Below, in pieces: positions 59,500 to 64,000 of a DNA stretch of 64,000 nt. The position numbers were made by a program, and so were the translations under genes. The stretch is taken from the NCBI GenBank assembly GCA_002269645.1, contig NIVC01002246.1, positions 124,001 through 188,000 on the forward strand, written 5' to 3'. Every line of letters starts with the position of its first letter. Within the stretch, counting starts at the first letter, position 1. The notes under the pieces were generated by a model. It had not been told where the DNA came from and did not search any database. It saw nothing but the letters and a program-made list of their open reading frames with translations. Source of the DNA: Macrostomum lignano. Taxonomy: Eukaryota.

Positions 59500-60700
59500 G
59501 AAGGAATTCAGGAGATCTTGGGGAATTCAGGAGATCTTGGGGAATTCAGGAGAGCTTGGGGAATTCAGGAGATCTTGGGGGAACTCAGGAGAGCTTGGGG
59601 GAATTCAGGAGATCTTGGGGGAACTCAGGAGAGCTTGGGGGAATTCAGGAGAGCTTGGGGGAATTCAGGAGAGCTTGGGGGAATTCAGGAGAGCTTTGGG
59701 AATTCAGGAGAGCTTGAAGGAATTAAGGAGATCTTGGGGGAATTCAGGAGATCTTGCGGGAATTAAGGAAATCTTAGGGAATTCAGGAGAGCTTGGGGAA
59801 TTAAGGAGATCTTGGGGAATTAAGGAGATCTTGGGGGAATTCAGGAGAGCTTGGGGAATTCAGGAGATCTTGGGGGAACTCAGGAGAGCTTGGGGAATTC
59901 AGGAGATCTTGGGGAACTCAGGAGAGCTTGGGGGAATTCAGGAGAGCTTGGGGGAATTCAGGAGAGCTTGGGGAATTCAGGAGAGCTTTGGGGAATTCAG
60001 GAGAGCTTGAAGGAATTAAGGAGATCTTGGGGAATTCAGGAGATCTTGCGGGAATTAAGGAAATCTTAGGGAATTCAGGAGAGCTTGGGGGAATTCAAGA
60101 GAGCTTGGAGACTTCTGGAGATTTTAGGGAATTCTGGAGAGTTTGGGGGAATACTGGAGAGCTTGGGGGAATTCTGGAGAGCTTGGGGGAATTCAGGAGA
60201 GCTTGGAGACTTCTGGAGATTTCAGGGGAATTCAGGAGAGCTTGGGGGAATTCAGGAGGCTTGGGGGAATTCAAGAGAGCTTGGGGAATTCAGGAGAGCT
60301 TGGGGAATTCAGGAGAGCTTGGAGACTTCTGGAGATTTTAGAGGAATTCAGGAGAGCTTGGGGAATTCAGGAGAGCTTGGGGAATTCAAGAGAGCTTGGG
60401 GGAATTCAGGAGAGCTTGGGGGAATTCAGAGAGCTTGGGGAATTCAGGAGAGCTTGGGGAATTCAGGAGAGCTTGGGGAATTCAAGAGAGCTGGGGGAAT
60501 TCAGGAGAGCTTGGGGAATTCAGGAGAGCTTGGGGGAATTCAGGAGAGCTTGGGGGAATTCAGGAGAGCTTGGGGGAATTCAAGAGAGCTTGGGAATTCA
60601 GGAGAGCTTGGGGGAATTCAGTAGAACTTGGGGAAATTCTGAAGATTGAGGGAATTCAGGTGAGGTCGAGGGAATTTAGGAGAGTTTGGGGAATTCAGGA
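59500..60700. repeat. 20-21-nt minisatellite (GGGAATTCAGGAGAGCTTGG)n
   Basis: Tandem array. Confidence 0.93.
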
Positions 60701-61042
60701 GAATTCGGAAAGTACGGAAATAAGGACAGAGCTTGATCCTAGAAGTCGATTTTAATTTCTTTAAAAGATTTCATATTTTCTCTGAAAATCAGTTTATCCT
60801 CAAAGACTAGGAAGTATATTGTGTCTTAAAGCCTAGAATTTCAATTCATTTGACTGCTTTTCCAAGAAACAGCTGATTGAAAAAGGCCTTTAGTTAAACA
60901 AAAAAATCCTTCACAAGATTTTCATGTTGCATTTGCTAATTAGTTTTGCTGAGGCAGGAACTGACATCCATTATTGCGCAAATATTGAGCGAATGAGTGA
61001 AAGAGAATGGGACTAATTGGGAGTGAAGAAGAGAGTAAACAA

Positions 61043-61716
61043 GGGATCGTGAATGAGGGATCGTGAATGAGGGATTTTGAATGAGGGATCGTGAATGAGG
61101 GATCGTGAATGAGGGATCGTGAATGAGGGGTCGTGAATGAGGGATTGTGAATGAGGGATCGTGAATGAGGGATTGTGAATGAGGATCGTGAAGGAGGGAT
61201 CGTGAATGAGGATCGTGAAGGAGGGATCGTGAATGAGGGATCGTGAAGGAGGGATCGTGAATGAGGATCGTGAAGGAGGATCGTGAATGAGGGATCGTGA
61301 AGGAGGGATCGTGAATGAGGGATCGTGAATAAGGGATCGTGAAAGAGGGATCGTGAATGAGGGATCGTGAAGGAGGGATCGTGAATGAGGGATTGTGAAT
61401 GAGGGATCGTGAATGAGGGATCGTGAATGAGGGATCGTGAATGAGGGATCGTGAATGAGGAGATCGTGAATGAGGGATCGTGAATGAGGGATCGTGAATG
61501 AGGATCGTGAAGGAGGGATCGTGAAAGAGGATCGTGAATGAGGATCGTGAAGGAGGGATCGTGAATGAGGATCGTGAATGAGGGATCGTGAAGGAGGATC
61601 GTGAATGAGGGATCGTGAAGGAGGGATCGTGAATGAGGGATCGTGAATGAGGGATCGTGAAGAAGGGATCGTTAATAAGGATCGTGAATGAGGGATTATG
61701 AATGAGGGATCGTGAA
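61043..61716. repeat. 13-14-nt minisatellite (GAGGGATCGTGAAT)n
   Basis: Tandem array. Confidence 0.95.
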
Positions 61717-62470
61717 GAAGGAATTGGTTAGCTCACAGCCCCTGAGTCTAGTGCAGCCATCAGTCCCAGCTGAGCAGACCCATTCCTTCCTTCCTGTCCG
61801 CGCTGCTGCCCCTGCAGACTCAGCCGCATTCTGGCAGGCCTCACAAGCATCCTTGGCGCTGGCTTTTGTGGGGCCTCATCAACTTATTGATTCCACATCT
61901 CCTCATTCTATAACCATAAAAGGAGCGAGTGAGAGCGGGAGGAGAGAAAGACTCTCACAAGGTCGGGATGACAGAAAACCTACTGGAACTGCGTACGGAA
62001 GTCTGCTATCTTCTAGAAGAAGAGCGACAATTGCAAGTCTCTTAAGACAAGAAATTCCATGTCGGTGCAGAGTAACCGGGGAAACCAAAGCATCGATTGA
62101 TAATGGAGCAGGTAGTTTCAATGCTGCAACCAAAAACCCCAGTTTATTGTCCCTGCATTTTCCTTTTGTCTTTTTTACAGGATAAATTGGTGCATTGTTA
62201 CTACTTAAGCTACTGATAAGCAAGTAGTAATTCTTTTTTTTGAAATTCTGACACTTAGTTAGAGTAGTAGTTAGAGATGACAACAATTGCGAGAATGATT
62301 TGAGAAAAACAAATATTTAAAACAAAATAATGTTAAAGTTATCAGTAAAAGAGTTTCGACAAAATAAGAAAATTAAAAAATCACAATGTTAATTTTGTTT
62401 AATTTTATCAATGAAGTGTCTTTTTAAGGAAAATGCTTTCTAAGAAAACGTGCGCTAAATTCAAATTCAG

Positions 62471-62699
62471 GTCGGTGGAGGCGGCAGTCGACGCGGCAGC
62501 TTTCGGGCGGTCCGACGCGCAGCGGCGGAGGCGGCGTGGCGCGGAGAAGCGCCTCCATCAACCAGAACCCGACGGTTCAACAGGCCGCAGGTGCACCATC
62601 TTCGGCTGCTCCAGCTGTCCTGATGTCAACGAAGTTGTCACCAGGCTGCAGGCAGCCCCTGCAGCTGCTCAGAACCCTCAGCTGAGACGCCAGCAGCTT

Positions 62700-62760
<61 letters not shown>

Positions 62761-62863
62761 TGTCGCAGCCAGCTTATTCAACTGATAGAGTTGAATCGCT
62801 GACACAAATTCTCAGCGGTGGCAGCGGCGGCGCCCCGGCTAGCGATCATTTCGATCAGTACAG
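62471..62863 (+). CDS. JPH: Probable junctophilin exon(s) 5 (VGGGGSRRGSF... polyQ ...SDHFDQY); needs an internal 61-nt intron or indels
   Basis: Acceptor AAATTCAG at 62470, donor GTGAGC at 62864. The phase-0 frame stops at 62621 unless 62591-62651 (GT..AG) is spliced out. Confidence 0.6.
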
Positions 62864-62904
62864 GTGAGCGCTTTGTTTGAATGGTTCATTGATGTACTTC
62901 CTAG

Positions 62905-63480
62905 AGATTTCTGATGGAATTCCTGGGATTTCCGATGGGACTTCCTGGGAATTTCCGATGGGATTTCCTGGAAGTTCCGATGGGATTTCCTGGGGATTTC
63001 CGATGAGATTTCCTGGGGATTTCCAATGGGATTTCATGGGAATTTCCGATGGATTTCCTGAGGATTTCCTGGGGATTTCCGATGGGATTTCCTGGAAAGT
63101 TCCGATGGGATTTCCTGGGATTTCCGATGGGATTTCCTGGGGATTTTCGATGGGATTTCATGGGAATTTCGATAGGATTTCCTGGGGATTTCCGATGAGA
63201 TTTCCTGGGAATTACCGATGGGTTCCGTAAATTTTTGATGCGATTTCCTGGAGATTTCTGGTGGGATTTCCCAGGGATTTCAGAGGGGATTTCTGAAAAT
63301 TTCCGATGGGATTTCCGATGATATTTTCGATGGGGTTTCCAATGGATTTCCGATGAGACTCCATGTGGGTTTTCGTTGGAATTCCCTGTGGGATTTCAAT
63401 TGAGATTCCCTGAAAACTACCGATGGGATTACCTGGAGATTCCCGACAGGATTTCCGACGTGATTTCGAAGGGATTTCCT
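62905..63480. repeat. Degenerate (GATGGGATTTCCTGGGGATTTCC)n minisatellite
   Basis: Tandem GGGATTTCC-based array in an intron. Confidence 0.88.
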
Positions 63481-63587
63481 GTTGATTTGCAACGGAGTTT
63501 TCTCAACATCCAAGAGGATTTCCGAATGATGTCTCAATAATATCAGCGCAGTTTTTGCTGGGTTCATCGCAATTCAACAATATGCAG

Positions 63588-63948
63588 ATGTCTATCGTCT
63601 ACCATCCAGAACCCTCGGCCACAACGGCGGCACCCGTCGAAAGCGGACAGCGGCATCGGGCCGACTCCTCTTTCGAAGAATCTACGGCCTCGCCCAACAA
63701 TAGCGGCGGTGGAGGCGGCAACGCAAGCGGCAGAGGCGTGGCGCCGGGGGCGGCGGCAGAGGCGCCGCGAACGTCGGAGGAGCGGCCGGGCCTCGGCTGG
63801 CGACTCGGACAGCGGGCTGAGCGAAGTCAGCGGCTCCGGACAGCTGGGACGCGGCGGCCGACGCAGACGGACAATGCCCTCCTGCTGAGCACCCGCCAGT
63901 GCGACCGGCCACAGTGGCGCACTCGACGCTGGAGGAGATCGCGCACAG
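63588..63948 (+). CDS. JPH: Probable junctophilin downstream exon, reading frame ambiguous
   Basis: GC-rich coding-like block between TATGCAG (63587) and GTGAGA (63949); the phase-compatible frame hits TGA at 63886. Confidence 0.45.
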
Positions 63949-64000
63949 GTGAGACTGGCGTCCACCGACACATGTCGATGGTCGATTGTGGATTGTAGAT

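Noticed and set aside
51374-62286. Possible nested antisense gene or LINE fragments in junctophilin introns (51374-51754, 59079-59300, 61903-62286)
   Set aside because: No RT, endonuclease or other domain motif recognised; left unannotated pending BLASTX.

Overview
Eukaryotic, repeat-saturated animal genomic DNA: GC-rich Ala/Gln-rich exons, GT-AG introns, and a different minisatellite in almost every intron. By style it is most consistent with a free-living flatworm such as Macrostomum (inference, not proven). Host genes, all on the + strand: the 3' exons of a SLAIN-family microtubule plus-end protein (84-2281), the 3' exons of a ZMYND8/RACK7-like coiled-coil+MYND protein (23849-25931), an intronless Rac-like GTPase with an unusual P-loop Asp13 (29491-30084), and a junctophilin spread over at least six exons (45531-63948, continuing past the window). 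The standout element is a very young 10.4-kb Ty3/gypsy-type LTR retroelement (7117-17527). It has 2-kb LTRs about 99.8% identical, TGATG..CATCA ends, a 4-bp CAAT target duplication, an 18-nt tRNA-Leu PBS and a PPT. It encodes an intact Gag and an intact aspartic protease in the -1 frame, linked by a slippery-site plus stem-loop cassette, but I found no RT, RNase H, integrase or env. Its 2.5-kb leader holds a duplicated hairpin motif with compensatory base changes, and a splice-donor/acceptor pair could yield a separate gag mRNA. Just downstream lies a frameshifted Mab-21/cGAS-like (cGLR) remnant. A CAG-TIR, hAT-like MITE carries a 20-nt minisatellite that also occurs at two other loci. No rRNA, tRNA genes or CRISPR arrays were found; most long ORFs in the track are translations of tandem repeats. 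All exon boundaries were inferred by eye from GT/AG motifs and reading-frame continuity.
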